Shown: one piece after another, positions 27,164-36,785 of the stretch
How positions within the stretch are numbered: the first letter of the stretch is position 1
Layout: each line of letters opens with the position of its first letter
IMG/VR virus record: IMGVR_UViG_3300000839_000001
DNA from: a virus
Length of the DNA stretch: 48,300 nucleotides
Reading direction: 5' to 3' (one strand)
Notes under the pieces: generated by a model
The model's database searches: none
Seen by the model: only the letters and a program-made list of their open reading frames with translations
Told to the model about the DNA's origin: nothing
Position numbers and translations under genes: made by a program

Positions 27164-28646
27164 TTTGATTCTCCTGTTGGTTGTTGCTAGGTTGCTCCTG
27201 TCCTTGCTGCTCGCCGTTTAGCTGTCGAATCTGAGAGTCCTTTGGAGCATTGGGAGCTTGATACTCAGTTCGTACATAATCTTTATTTACTGTATACTCA
27301 ATTTTCTTTTGAGCATCTTCTTCGGATACGCCGGCCCAAATAGCTGCAATCCGTAATAACGCAGAGATTCCGTTAGCAGATATTTCATCAACTATCTGAA
27401 TGTCTGCGATACCTACTTGGCCTCGCATGGATACCGCTTCTGCACTAGCATTTGTTCCGCTAGTGCTGAGTAGTCTACGAATATCCCAACCTGCTATATA
27501 CTCTCGGATGTCTCGGATCGATTCTAACATCGAGTCGAATCCAGCACAAACAGGCTCAAGGTAGCCTACATCGGCAGGAATCTGCGGACTGCTGCTCTTT
27601 ATTACAATGGCTTTACTTCCCCCAATATACACAACCCCTTGGCTCTGTGATTGCTGTACAACAGGACAATCTGCATCAAAACCGGGGCCTTTGGCATAGT
27701 CTGTGCCTTGTCTCCCGTCTCTTTTAACGTCTCCACTAAAGTCTACGTTCTTAAATACCGGAGTCGGATTAGCTGCATAGCGTTGTCCAAAAGTAAGTCG
27801 CCCATCTCGCCTATATACTTGCACAACCGCCTGAGCGAGCGACGCTGCCGGGACTTTCGTAAAGGTATCAAACCCCAGTGAATTAGTGTTTATGCACACT
27901 AACGGCAATCGATCTAGGTATTGTCCCTTGTACTTTGGATATTTCTTATTGGGAATCCTTGTGAGGTTTACAGCTTTCCATTCTTCTTCGTTAAACGTAG
28001 CTGTATAGTATCGTAGTTCTCCCTGTATTTCATCAAGACCAAACACTCGATAGAAAATTTTCAGGTCGTTCTGTTTGGTATCTACATTAAACTCAGGTAC
28101 ATATTCCGATAGAACCACCACCGGGCGGTCATTCATTTTCGTAGTAAGTACAATGGCCTCACTAGCATATCCGACTGCTTTGAAATACTGTTCACCTTTA
28201 CGATTGGTGAGCGTGTCTACAGCAATAACAAACTGTCCAGTAAGCCATTGCTCCAGATTGATCTTTTTCTTTAACCCCGCAAGTCCCTCTCTATCATCAG
28301 TAGTAAACTCTGTGAGCCACTCTAAATCCTCTTTAGCGGCTTCTACTTTCAGGTTACTATCATTGAGATTCATTAACCCTATGCAGTCGTCAATGAACTC
28401 CTCAAACGCCGGAAGGAACCATGATTCTTCTAGGTACTGATCACGCCAGAGTTGTTCTTCGTTCTCTGCTATAATAGCTGGTAAGTATACCCCTGCATTG
28501 GTTGGGCCTTGTAAGTGAGGCATCGAGCTTTTGATGACCTCTGCACCGATATAACAATCTCGACACCACTGCTGCTGAATCCGTATCTCTTTAGGAAGAT
28601 AGGACGATCTCAGTAGTGCTCTGAATGTCGTCAGGGTGTTTAGCAT
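27156..28646 (-). CDS. portal protein
   Basis: 496-aa ORF immediately downstream of TerL and overlapping the scaffold start. C-terminal Q/N-rich tail. Confidence 0.65.
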   Translation of the reverse strand: MLNTLTTFRALLRSSYLPKEIRIQQQWCRDCYIGAEVIKSSMPHLQGPTNAGVYLPAIIAENEEQLWRDQYLEESWFLPAFEEFIDDCIGLMNLNDSNLKVEAAKEDLEWLTEFTTDDREGLAGLKKKINLEQWLTGQFVIAVDTLTNRKGEQYFKAVGYASEAIVLTTKMNDRPVVVLSEYVPEFNVDTKQNDLKIFYRVFGLDEIQGELRYYTATFNEEEWKAVNLTRIPNKKYPKYKGQYLDRLPLVCINTNSLGFDTFTKVPAASLAQAVVQVYRRDGRLTFGQRYAANPTPVFKNVDFSGDVKRDGRQGTDYAKGPGFDADCPVVQQSQSQGVVYIGGSKAIVIKSSSPQIPADVGYLEPVCAGFDSMLESIRDIREYIAGWDIRRLLSTSGTNASAEAVSMRGQVGIADIQIVDEISANGISALLRIAAIWAGVSEEDAQKKIEYTVNKDYVRTEYQAPNAPKDSQIRQLNGEQQGQEQPSNNQQENQNG

Positions 28647-28648
28647 CG

Positions 28649-30010
28649 TTAGCCTTTAAGGGTATAGTCTATAGTTGACCAGTCACTTGAATGTTCTGCA
28701 CCTACTATAGCGTAGACCAGAGCATCTAGGTTGTTAGGAGAATCTGCTTTCGACTCTCCTGTAAAGCTCGTCATCTGTTTCTCTAATTCAGGGAATATAA
28801 ACGTATGATGAACTTTGTTCTGTGCGTATAGGTAGCTAATAGGTTCTGCTCTCAAATACTTACCACGTTTGGCGTGTACTGTGTAAATATGAGGGCAGGA
28901 TATACCTCTTTCATTAGCTGCGTGACGGATAGTATCTATGATAGTTTGTCCGCCTTGGTTTGTCTCTGCAATAATAGCGTCCGCTCTATAGTGCTCATAT
29001 AGCTGCATCGCTCGGTTCGCCCACTGTGAAGGTAGTCCGTGCATCGAGGAGTCATTTAGTATGAAGAAATGATATTCTCCATCTATCAAGGTTTTTCCCG
29101 CTACAATGATGCCAGTTTTATCACTACTTTCATTCGCTGTAACTGCCGGATCGATAGCAACCACTACTCTCTCAAGGGTAGGCATCATATCCGGGTGTAT
29201 TCGGTTTGCGTCAATAACATGCTGAGGCCATAGGGCATACTCTGCATTGTCTTGGAACTCACCTAGCAAGAATCGTTCTCTTGCTTTACCTACGTATCCA
29301 CTAAGTCGCGTCTTATACGCACTAGACAAGTTCTCCCAGTTATCATCTGGGTTCATTTGTATAGTGCCATATAGCTGTGGAAATCCTTCAATTGCTACCT
29401 GTAGCGTATGGTGTTTACCTTCAAAGAAGGTATCATATAGCCAGTGTGCCTTTGAAGGCGGGTTACAGTCTAGTATTACTTTGTTTACTAACTCTGTCCC
29501 ATACTTTACATGCTGACATTTCAAACTAGCTCGCGTATTCACTAGGTCAAATGCCTCGAAAGGTATAAGACTCGCTTCATTGAAATATATATGACCAAAC
29601 TCGGCCCCGAGGATTTTATCCAATCGCTCTTTATCCTCTACACCAGACATTGAGACTACTGAGCCTGTAGGATACGAAATAGTCAACTCTGTAACATTAG
29701 TTGTATATACTTTTTCGTGAAACTTCCTACCGCGGAGAGACTTTACTAATTCCCATCCCTCCATACGCAACATCTTCTTATACGTTTCGTTGAAAATACG
29801 TGCCCTCACATCGCTCTGTGTACTTCTCAGAATCGCCAGTGGGACGCCGTTACCTTCCATATCTACATACTGATAGCACTGCCAATGGAGCCATCTGCAT
29901 ATATTGATGGTCTTCCCTGAACGTGATCCTCCATAGTGGAGTTGGTTTGTTATAACAGGATCATTCAGTAATTTTAATTGTTCTAACTGTTTCGCCGTTG
30001 CTTTGAACAT
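28649..30010 (-). CDS. terLr: terminase large subunit
   Basis: Walker A YGGSRSGKT, Walker B-like HIYFNEAS, nuclease-domain VVAIDPAVTANESSDKTGIIVAG. Confidence 0.85.
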   Translation of the reverse strand: MFKATAKQLEQLKLLNDPVITNQLHYGGSRSGKTINICRWLHWQCYQYVDMEGNGVPLAILRSTQSDVRARIFNETYKKMLRMEGWELVKSLRGRKFHEKVYTTNVTELTISYPTGSVVSMSGVEDKERLDKILGAEFGHIYFNEASLIPFEAFDLVNTRASLKCQHVKYGTELVNKVILDCNPPSKAHWLYDTFFEGKHHTLQVAIEGFPQLYGTIQMNPDDNWENLSSAYKTRLSGYVGKARERFLLGEFQDNAEYALWPQHVIDANRIHPDMMPTLERVVVAIDPAVTANESSDKTGIIVAGKTLIDGEYHFFILNDSSMHGLPSQWANRAMQLYEHYRADAIIAETNQGGQTIIDTIRHAANERGISCPHIYTVHAKRGKYLRAEPISYLYAQNKVHHTFIFPELEKQMTSFTGESKADSPNNLDALVYAIVGAEHSSDWSTIDYTLKG

Positions 30011-30111
30011 CGTTCCTACTTTCTAAGCGAAGTGTGCAGATGAAAGGCCCTCTGCACACTTCTTAGCTAGGGGAACCGTGCCTAGCTATCTTCCTTGGGC
30101 CATGCGTACCT

Positions 30112-30600
30112 TTAGAAGAAAAGTCCGATAAGTTGCAAAACGACTGTGAGGATCGTTTTCACTTTGTTAATGTCGATGCCGGTAATGTCAGCAATGTTAC
30201 TAGCTAACGCAACCTCTGTCATCAACTCACCTTGAACGTCACCGAACACATACGGAGTGACATCACTCGGATCGACCACAATGTCCGGTGAGCCGTCGAG
30301 ACCGAGGTATTTCGACAATTCATCGAACACAGCATCCCAATTGGCGTCAAAACCATCTTTGATAGCTTTTAACGCAAGGTCGTCCCAATTGGTTCCTGTA
30401 TAGGTCGTCCAGTACGCCGCATTGCTGAATATCATATCGAACAGCTTTTTGATCTTCGGCTTGGTGACATAGGTAGTGCCGAATTTGATAATTACGTCTT
30501 TGAAGGCAGAGAGTTTATCCCCTATCCAGCCTTCACATTCCTGCATATCGCAGCCTGTTTCAAATGCGGTTTCCAATGTAATTTCTTCGTTTTCGCCCAT
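30112..30600 (-). CDS. hypothetical protein with an acidic N-terminus and a hydrophobic C-terminal tail
   Basis: 162-aa ORF. C-terminus ILTVVLQLIGLFF. It does not look like a small terminase. Confidence 0.55.
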   Translation of the reverse strand: MGENEEITLETAFETGCDMQECEGWIGDKLSAFKDVIIKFGTTYVTKPKIKKLFDMIFSNAAYWTTYTGTNWDDLALKAIKDGFDANWDAVFDELSKYLGLDGSPDIVVDPSDVTPYVFGDVQGELMTEVALASNIADITGIDINKVKTILTVVLQLIGLFF

Positions 30601-30656
30601 TGTAATTCTCCTTTGTAGGAAATGATTGTTATATAACTGTCGCCGTTACTTAGTTG

Positions 30657-31985
30657 TTACTCCCATAACAATTGTACGTTGTGAACTTCTTCATGGTTCC
30701 CGGTTTCCAAAGCAATACCTAGAGCCTGTGTAGTCTCCAGTGTTTGTGGTGCTAGTGTCCGTTGATTTACTATGCTTTGATGCAGAGACCCATAATGCGG
30801 TTCTGCACTCATTTGTGTAAGGTCATATACTTGCCACGACTGTGGATTGTTCATGAACTGGAACAACTTATTCCCTGCACATATTGAACCTATAGCGATC
30901 GATGTTTGAGTCGTATTGGTCAACAAGCTATTTGCAGGCATCCCTCTGCGTTCGATAAATACAGATGGATTCATCTTACCCAGTAATGGGAACTTTTGAT
31001 TACTGGAAGAAGTCGTCGTACCTTCGCTTTGTGTGTTATATGGTACTATAAACCCATTCTGCGATACGCTAGTATCTGGTACAATACTCAAATCATCGTA
31101 CCTAGTACCTGCTACTTCATTCCAACTATATGGATCAAGTTTAACCCACATATCATTGCCATAAATATCCAGAATGTAAAGGTTGTTATCATAATCAAAC
31201 AACATAACCTTAGGTGTTTGCGTAGGAGAATAATTAGCTAAATTCTTGTTGCACACCTCTGTATATACGACATTAACTTCGTCTGTCAACTCATATACTT
31301 TGATAGTCACGGTATATCTATTGCTCGCAACATACGTAAAGGTATGCCCTGCTATATATCGCTTGTCTCTGGAAATAACTCGAATAACACACGGTATATG
31401 CGTTGCGTTACTTGCAAACTCAAATTGTGTTCCAGTGTTACGTGCGATAATTGTATTCGACGCATTAACTGCGGATAAGAAATGACTACCGTTTTTTCCG
31501 AAATTCAGTAAATTAGCCCCCTCTGTGGTAGAAGGTCTAATGTTCCCTACTACTCCTTGTGTAGCGACAATAGGATAATCTACCATCGCACCTGCTACAT
31601 ACTTTGAACACCTTATATAAGGGCTAGTAGCAGACGAAGTTACACAGTATTGACCGTCTGGAGATACATCCAAAAACTGCAAGGCTCCATACGAAGGTGC
31701 AGAGAGTGTAACCGCCGACAAAGTGAGGTCTGGATTTATATCAAATACCCGCATATAGGGGGACGAGCTATAGCCTAAGAACAAACGGTTCTCTGTCCCT
31801 CTTGAATATCTAAACTCTGATGGTTGCGTATTCTCTGGGGGTACTCCAGACTTTACAGGTTGAAACGTACAACGAACTCGCGACCCTTGTTCTATATAGC
31901 CTTGATACTTACAGGCTGCTATACGTCCGGGTAACACAGAACCGCCACCAGAGGAAATGCTTTGTGCTGTATTGAATATAGTCAT
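30657..31985 (-). CDS. putative beta-propeller protein associated with the fibre
   Basis: Recurrent blade-like motifs VSPDGQYCVTS, GKNGSHFLSA, SRDKRYIAGH. Immediately downstream of the fibre gene. Confidence 0.4.
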   Translation of the reverse strand: MTIFNTAQSISSGGGSVLPGRIAACKYQGYIEQGSRVRCTFQPVKSGVPPENTQPSEFRYSRGTENRLFLGYSSSPYMRVFDINPDLTLSAVTLSAPSYGALQFLDVSPDGQYCVTSSATSPYIRCSKYVAGAMVDYPIVATQGVVGNIRPSTTEGANLLNFGKNGSHFLSAVNASNTIIARNTGTQFEFASNATHIPCVIRVISRDKRYIAGHTFTYVASNRYTVTIKVYELTDEVNVVYTEVCNKNLANYSPTQTPKVMLFDYDNNLYILDIYGNDMWVKLDPYSWNEVAGTRYDDLSIVPDTSVSQNGFIVPYNTQSEGTTTSSSNQKFPLLGKMNPSVFIERRGMPANSLLTNTTQTSIAIGSICAGNKLFQFMNNPQSWQVYDLTQMSAEPHYGSLHQSIVNQRTLAPQTLETTQALGIALETGNHEEVHNVQLLWE

Positions 31986-31992
31986 TGTATCT

Positions 31993-34900
31993 CTAAATCC
32001 TTACTGTGATGTATATAGTGTTAGTAGGTACAACGCCATTTGCCCGAAGGTTCATAGAACCAGCAGTCTGTTGAATTACCTGTATATTGGCTTGTTGAAT
32101 CGCCAGTGCTTGAGCTTTACTTGCCCCACTAGGAATACCAATATCTCCGTCCTCTGTACCATTCATTTCTGGTATTTGGACAGTTACCTCATCATTTACC
32201 CATGCAGTAGGAAGAATCTCTATATCGAAACTTCCGCGTCTGTTCGTACTTCCTGTCATAAATGAACCGACAATCTGGTCAATGTCTGCCTTTCGAGTAA
32301 CTCCACTGCACAGGAATTGGGCGTCTCCTGATTTTATAATCTGTCCCCACTGGTCTGTATTGTGGTCATACATACTGACATTGTACAGAGCCAGCCTCCC
32401 TGCGTTGTTGCTGCCAGTATTGTTAGCAGCATCTTTAATACCTGCTCCACTGCCGCTATTGGCATCTCCCGACCATCGAGAGTTGCTTATATCGACATGA
32501 TAATAGCATACAGAGGGAGTACGTTCGATAAGTATAAAGGTACTATTGTCTACTCTTACGTCTGTTTCATACTTCGAGTTTAACGGATTTCCGATTATCA
32601 AATAGCAGTTATCTACCTTATTCAAGTAGCAACCACCTCCACTCACCATCACTCGCGTAATAGCAGTTGGGCGAGTCTCTCCTACTCGCATGATATTGTC
32701 CAGAATAACTCTCTGGTAGTTAGGGATCAAGCTGCTATAGCAAATAAGCTGATTCGCGTTAATCATAAAACAGTTCTGTGCAGTGATGTTACCACCTACT
32801 GTCCACATAGGACTGGTAAGATTAAGCAACATACAGTCCAGTGCATACAGGTCACCGTAAATACTACTACATGTAGCTCCCTGTAGTAACACACTATCTC
32901 GTGCCGTAATAGGCATGTTATAGTTGATAGCCTGTGCATGTGCCGAACTAGGTACTGTACTGGCAAACGTAAACATACAGTTAGTGATGAACACTTCAAA
33001 TCGTCTATCATAAGAAGACGGATACTGGAACGCCTTAACACATATATTATCTACCGACAACCGAGCATCTGTCATAACAGAGGTAGTATTCATCGCGATA
33101 GATGCAATACTGACTTTATACTCTGTATCCAGAACATCAAGCAACCGTTCTGTATCAATACCTTTGAATGAAGCATGGAGCCGCCAAGGGATGCTGATGC
33201 TACCGTATGCTCCCGGATGTAGGCTAAACAGTACAGATGTATGTCCACCTGCATCTGCCAACGTAATAGCTTCTTGCAAGTCTTGGAAAGGTTTTGCAAT
33301 AGTCCCATCCGGTACAATACCCCCTATTGAACCGTCAAGTAAATAGCCACCCTCTTGTGCAACATTAACCACTGCTGTAAAAGGAACTCCGGCAGGTGTA
33401 CCGCCGCCACTTCCTAATGCAGCATTGATACCTGCCAAGTGGCTTTTCACATCACCAGCAGTAGCCGTATAGTTCGTTGGGGTATAGTTAGCCCATACGT
33501 CTGCTGCTTGATTGCCTTGTGGAAGTCTTGTACCGTTAAGTACGTCGATACTTGCATCACGCACTACACCGGAGAGCATATAGGAGGCAGTGCCAGACTT
33601 GTTGATTGCTACATATCCCTGTAGGGTATCTACAAACATAGACACATCAAACATACGTAAAGAACCGGCATTATGTGCAAATACTGGAGAATCTCCAAAT
33701 TTACCACCGTATATGCTCACTTCGCACGCATGTGCTGCATCTGTAGTAATACCTAACATGTCACAATCTCTGAACGTATATGGCCACGGTCGTACAGAGG
33801 CTAGGTTACTATCCCCAAAGAAATTAACCCTGCTTAGGGTAGTGTTGGTAGCTGCAAATGCTTGACTCTTAACATCCACTCTGAAAAAGTTACAGGCGGT
33901 TGCACTTACTGAGCTATTGACATTGAACTCTACATTATCACTACTAGAGCCAGTAACGTAGGTATTCTGCCATTCTGCATGGCCTTCGATATGATATATG
34001 CCATATATCGAACAGTCCACAAGTTTCGTACTGTCTTGATACCATATACTAGCGATAGTCGAGCCGGTTCCACCGAGAAAAACAGTATTTATAGCTTTGA
34101 TTTCTCCAGCCCCGGCATATCCTACGTTTGTTGTAGGTAGGCCTGACCATTCTATCCAAGAATTGAGAAAGATCAATTCGTAATAATCCTCTGTAGGATG
34201 TTTTACATAATTAGTTCTGATGTTGCTTGCATACAGAGAAGTTACATTGTGAGGGCTACCTGCACCAGCCTGTGAAATACTAGCAATATGTACTCTATAC
34301 ATACCACTTCCCCCGGAACCAGATACCGCTTTATGTGTGGTATCCATGCCTTGGATAGCTACATTCACGTCTTTTGGAATAACCAAGTTACCGTATGTTC
34401 CGGGATATACTTGGAACAACGGGTTTACTTCGTCATATCCTACAGTAGACTCTGTAACTACAGCCTCTTGTATAGACTTATAGGGGAACAGAATACTGCC
34501 GTCCGGGTATACTGGATGGCCTTGGTCGTCTGTCTTACTACCATCAAGCAGATAGCCATCTACCTCCGAAACATGGACAATACCGTTTGTAGTAAGGTCA
34601 ATATCCAGAGAAGGAGTGTTTATAGCGTCCCATGTCTCTGTACCATCTGCATGGATGGTAAGAGCGAGCTGCACATCTGGAGTAGCTCCCTCTGGTCTCT
34701 GGAGTTTTTTGTTCACATCGACGTTATCTACCAGAACTTCTCCAGAATTTATGAGAGCGTACCATTCGTATCCATCTGGTTTGATACAATCTGTAATATG
34801 TACAGTAGCCGAGTTGGCATATACAAAAGGATAATTACCTACTCGCACAGGTTCCCATGTGCATAACCGCAAGGCCGAGCGATTCTGGTGTATACTATGA

Positions 34901-35820
34901 CCATAGCTACGACAACGGAAATGACAACTATTCGCTTCAAACTGTCCGTTATTGCACTGTACGCCAATATCGGCAGCAAAGGCTTCATTCTTATTGAAAT
35001 CACACCTATAGAGTTGAACAAAAGCAGAGTTATTCACCCTAATGTTGACTGCCGAGCTTCCAGTCACCTTGAAACTACAATCCAAGATACCTACAAGACT
35101 ATCACTACCTTCGATAGTCAAGATTCCGACAATTTTTACAAGCTCTCTATTAACCGTATTGCCACGGAACAACAGCCTGCCGTGATGGGCCTTAATATAT
35201 GCTGCTGGGTATTCACCGTCCTCAAAATATACGTTAATGTCGTCCGAAGTAATGACGTTAAGGACATACTCCGCAACTTTCTCCAAAGTCTTCCACGGAG
35301 CCGCTGCAGAACCGTTTCCCGTAGAGTCATCACCGGTAGCTTCACTAAGATACAGATTAGTGCCACCTGTATTAGTGATAATGTTAATCATATCCGGCAA
35401 AGGGCCTTGCTCACCGTCCGACTGCATATAGTACGTCGGTATCGGGTTTGCGGGTATCCGCATCAAGTCGGTAGGTTTATTTGCCAGATAGGAAGCAAGT
35501 GCTGTGTTCGTTTCGTCCCAATCGGTTTGTACTTGCGTAACAGGTGCTATGTCCATCTCCACTACAGAGAAAGAGCCGTCTGCGTTCTTTCGCAGAAGGT
35601 TTGCACCTAGAACCGCCGGCGACGAATCAGCATATAGAAGGTCAGTAGGCTTATTGAGGATTGCACTCCACTGTATGCTACCGCCTCCACCACCGATATT
35701 GTTATCTATGAAAGCACGTGACTTCGGATCAGTCTCCGCCCCATCTGAATTAACATGCAGTGGGTTCGTCGTTTGCTGCGTAGTGAGCGCCGGTCTTGGA
35801 TAGGGGGGCATTTTAGCCAT
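31993..35820 (-). CDS. tail fibre / tailspike with three tandem right-handed beta-helix-like modules
   Basis: N-terminal fibre-type repeats IQWSAILNKPTDLL and TDWDETNTALASYLANKPTDLM. Three homologous modules each open with ...P(W/Y/F)K(T/S/D)LxEA. Confidence 0.65.
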   Translation of the reverse strand: MAKMPPYPRPALTTQQTTNPLHVNSDGAETDPKSRAFIDNNIGGGGGSIQWSAILNKPTDLLYADSSPAVLGANLLRKNADGSFSVVEMDIAPVTQVQTDWDETNTALASYLANKPTDLMRIPANPIPTYYMQSDGEQGPLPDMINIITNTGGTNLYLSEATGDDSTGNGSAAAPWKTLEKVAEYVLNVITSDDINVYFEDGEYPAAYIKAHHGRLLFRGNTVNRELVKIVGILTIEGSDSLVGILDCSFKVTGSSAVNIRVNNSAFVQLYRCDFNKNEAFAADIGVQCNNGQFEANSCHFRCRSYGHSIHQNRSALRLCTWEPVRVGNYPFVYANSATVHITDCIKPDGYEWYALINSGEVLVDNVDVNKKLQRPEGATPDVQLALTIHADGTETWDAINTPSLDIDLTTNGIVHVSEVDGYLLDGSKTDDQGHPVYPDGSILFPYKSIQEAVVTESTVGYDEVNPLFQVYPGTYGNLVIPKDVNVAIQGMDTTHKAVSGSGGSGMYRVHIASISQAGAGSPHNVTSLYASNIRTNYVKHPTEDYYELIFLNSWIEWSGLPTTNVGYAGAGEIKAINTVFLGGTGSTIASIWYQDSTKLVDCSIYGIYHIEGHAEWQNTYVTGSSSDNVEFNVNSSVSATACNFFRVDVKSQAFAATNTTLSRVNFFGDSNLASVRPWPYTFRDCDMLGITTDAAHACEVSIYGGKFGDSPVFAHNAGSLRMFDVSMFVDTLQGYVAINKSGTASYMLSGVVRDASIDVLNGTRLPQGNQAADVWANYTPTNYTATAGDVKSHLAGINAALGSGGGTPAGVPFTAVVNVAQEGGYLLDGSIGGIVPDGTIAKPFQDLQEAITLADAGGHTSVLFSLHPGAYGSISIPWRLHASFKGIDTERLLDVLDTEYKVSIASIAMNTTSVMTDARLSVDNICVKAFQYPSSYDRRFEVFITNCMFTFASTVPSSAHAQAINYNMPITARDSVLLQGATCSSIYGDLYALDCMLLNLTSPMWTVGGNITAQNCFMINANQLICYSSLIPNYQRVILDNIMRVGETRPTAITRVMVSGGGCYLNKVDNCYLIIGNPLNSKYETDVRVDNSTFILIERTPSVCYYHVDISNSRWSGDANSGSGAGIKDAANNTGSNNAGRLALYNVSMYDHNTDQWGQIIKSGDAQFLCSGVTRKADIDQIVGSFMTGSTNRRGSFDIEILPTAWVNDEVTVQIPEMNGTEDGDIGIPSGASKAQALAIQQANIQVIQQTAGSMNLRANGVVPTNTIYITVRI

Positions 35821-35877
35821 CGTATTACCTACTTACCTTCTGTCTCTGTCATCTACTGCTACTGCTTTATAGCGATA

Positions 35878-36192
35878 CTACCGCCGATAGCCCAACAAGG
35901 CTATTCTGTTGTTGAACAACCGCATAGGTCGTTTAATCTGTCGTCCCGTCCAGCCCTGTCGTGCGTAAGTACGCGTAACCGTCTGATCATACGTAGCGAC
36001 CGTACCTTCCGAAGTTGTCTCGACACTCTGAGAAGATGTAGCCGTAACAGTCTTTTCCGCCATAGGCAGCAAGACATAACGACAATTCCCATTGTTGCAC
36101 ACCTTCTGATACCGATACTGCTGTGCCTGAGCCGCAACAGTCATACATACCAACACAACCAACACCGTCAACACAAACATCATGTTTTTCAT
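35878..36192 (-). CDS. small secreted protein
   Basis: Start moved to MKNMMFVLTVLVVLVCMTVAAQA|QQ (signal-peptide-like with an AxA site). aagggcgagat precedes the ATG. Confidence 0.55.
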   Translation of the reverse strand: MKNMMFVLTVLVVLVCMTVAAQAQQYRYQKVCNNGNCRYVLLPMAEKTVTATSSQSVETTSEGTVATYDQTVTRTYARQGWTGRQIKRPMRLFNNRIALLGYRR

Positions 36193-36322
36193 ATCTCGCC
36201 CTTTCATTGTTGTAGAGTCATCATATAGCCTAAACTCTCCACTAGAGGCCGGGTTCGACATAGAATAGCTAAGGAACTCTTGCCACCTCTAGCGGAAATA
36301 AGCGTGCCGGGCTATCACAGCA

Positions 36323-36664
36323 CTACTGTTCTTTTGCTTCCGACCTATCTAACTTGTCGGACATACGCTTCAATAGCTTACTGAAGGCTAGGTGATTCTC
36401 CTCTGTCCGTTCAATAATATCTCTAAGAAGCGCCAACTGATTCTTTTGAATATCTCGCTCTTCTTTCAAGTCGGCGATCCGGGCCTCCATAGAGGCCTTG
36501 AACGCTCTGAAGCAGTGGATTACTGCAAAAATAGCGAGCAGTGTGAAGGCTCCTGATACTCCCAGCTTTGCGCTCGATGACATATCCGGTACTGCAAGGT
36601 CTTGTGCGAACAATGTAGCACTGAATGACGCCAAACCAAAAGTGAAGTAGTAGGATAATTCCAT
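36323..36664 (-). CDS. membrane protein with two hydrophobic segments and a coiled-coil tail (holin/spanin-like candidate)
   Basis: Start moved to MELSYYFTFGLASFSATLFA. Second hydrophobic segment GVSGAFTLLAIFAVIHCF, then the heptad-like ARIADLKEERDIQKNQLALLRDIIE. Confidence 0.45.
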   Translation of the reverse strand: MELSYYFTFGLASFSATLFAQDLAVPDMSSSAKLGVSGAFTLLAIFAVIHCFRAFKASMEARIADLKEERDIQKNQLALLRDIIERTEENHLAFSKLLKRMSDKLDRSEAKEQ

Positions 36665-36785
36665 CCCTATCTGCTCTTTCTTTTCCTTGATATTGAATAT
36701 CTTAACTATAGGACAACACATAACGGCTCCAATCTGAGTAGGAACTACTCTCGACAGTAGATGTTTATCACCTCCTATCTAGTTG

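Noticed and set aside
30112-30600. Small terminase subunit call for the gene upstream of TerL
   Set aside because: The protein has an acidic N-terminus and a hydrophobic C-terminal tail. It lacks any recognisable HTH or oligomerisation features, so the position alone is insufficient. No TerS was confidently identified.
34288-35610. Plus-strand ORFs 34288..34866 and 34888..35610 (192 and 240 aa)
   Set aside because: Both lie entirely inside, and antisense to, the 1275-aa fibre gene. They have no RBS and an odd composition.
35755-36228. 157-aa plus-strand ORF
   Set aside because: It is antisense to the fibre gene start and to the small secreted-protein gene 35878..36192. It has a His/Arg/Cys-rich shadow-frame composition.
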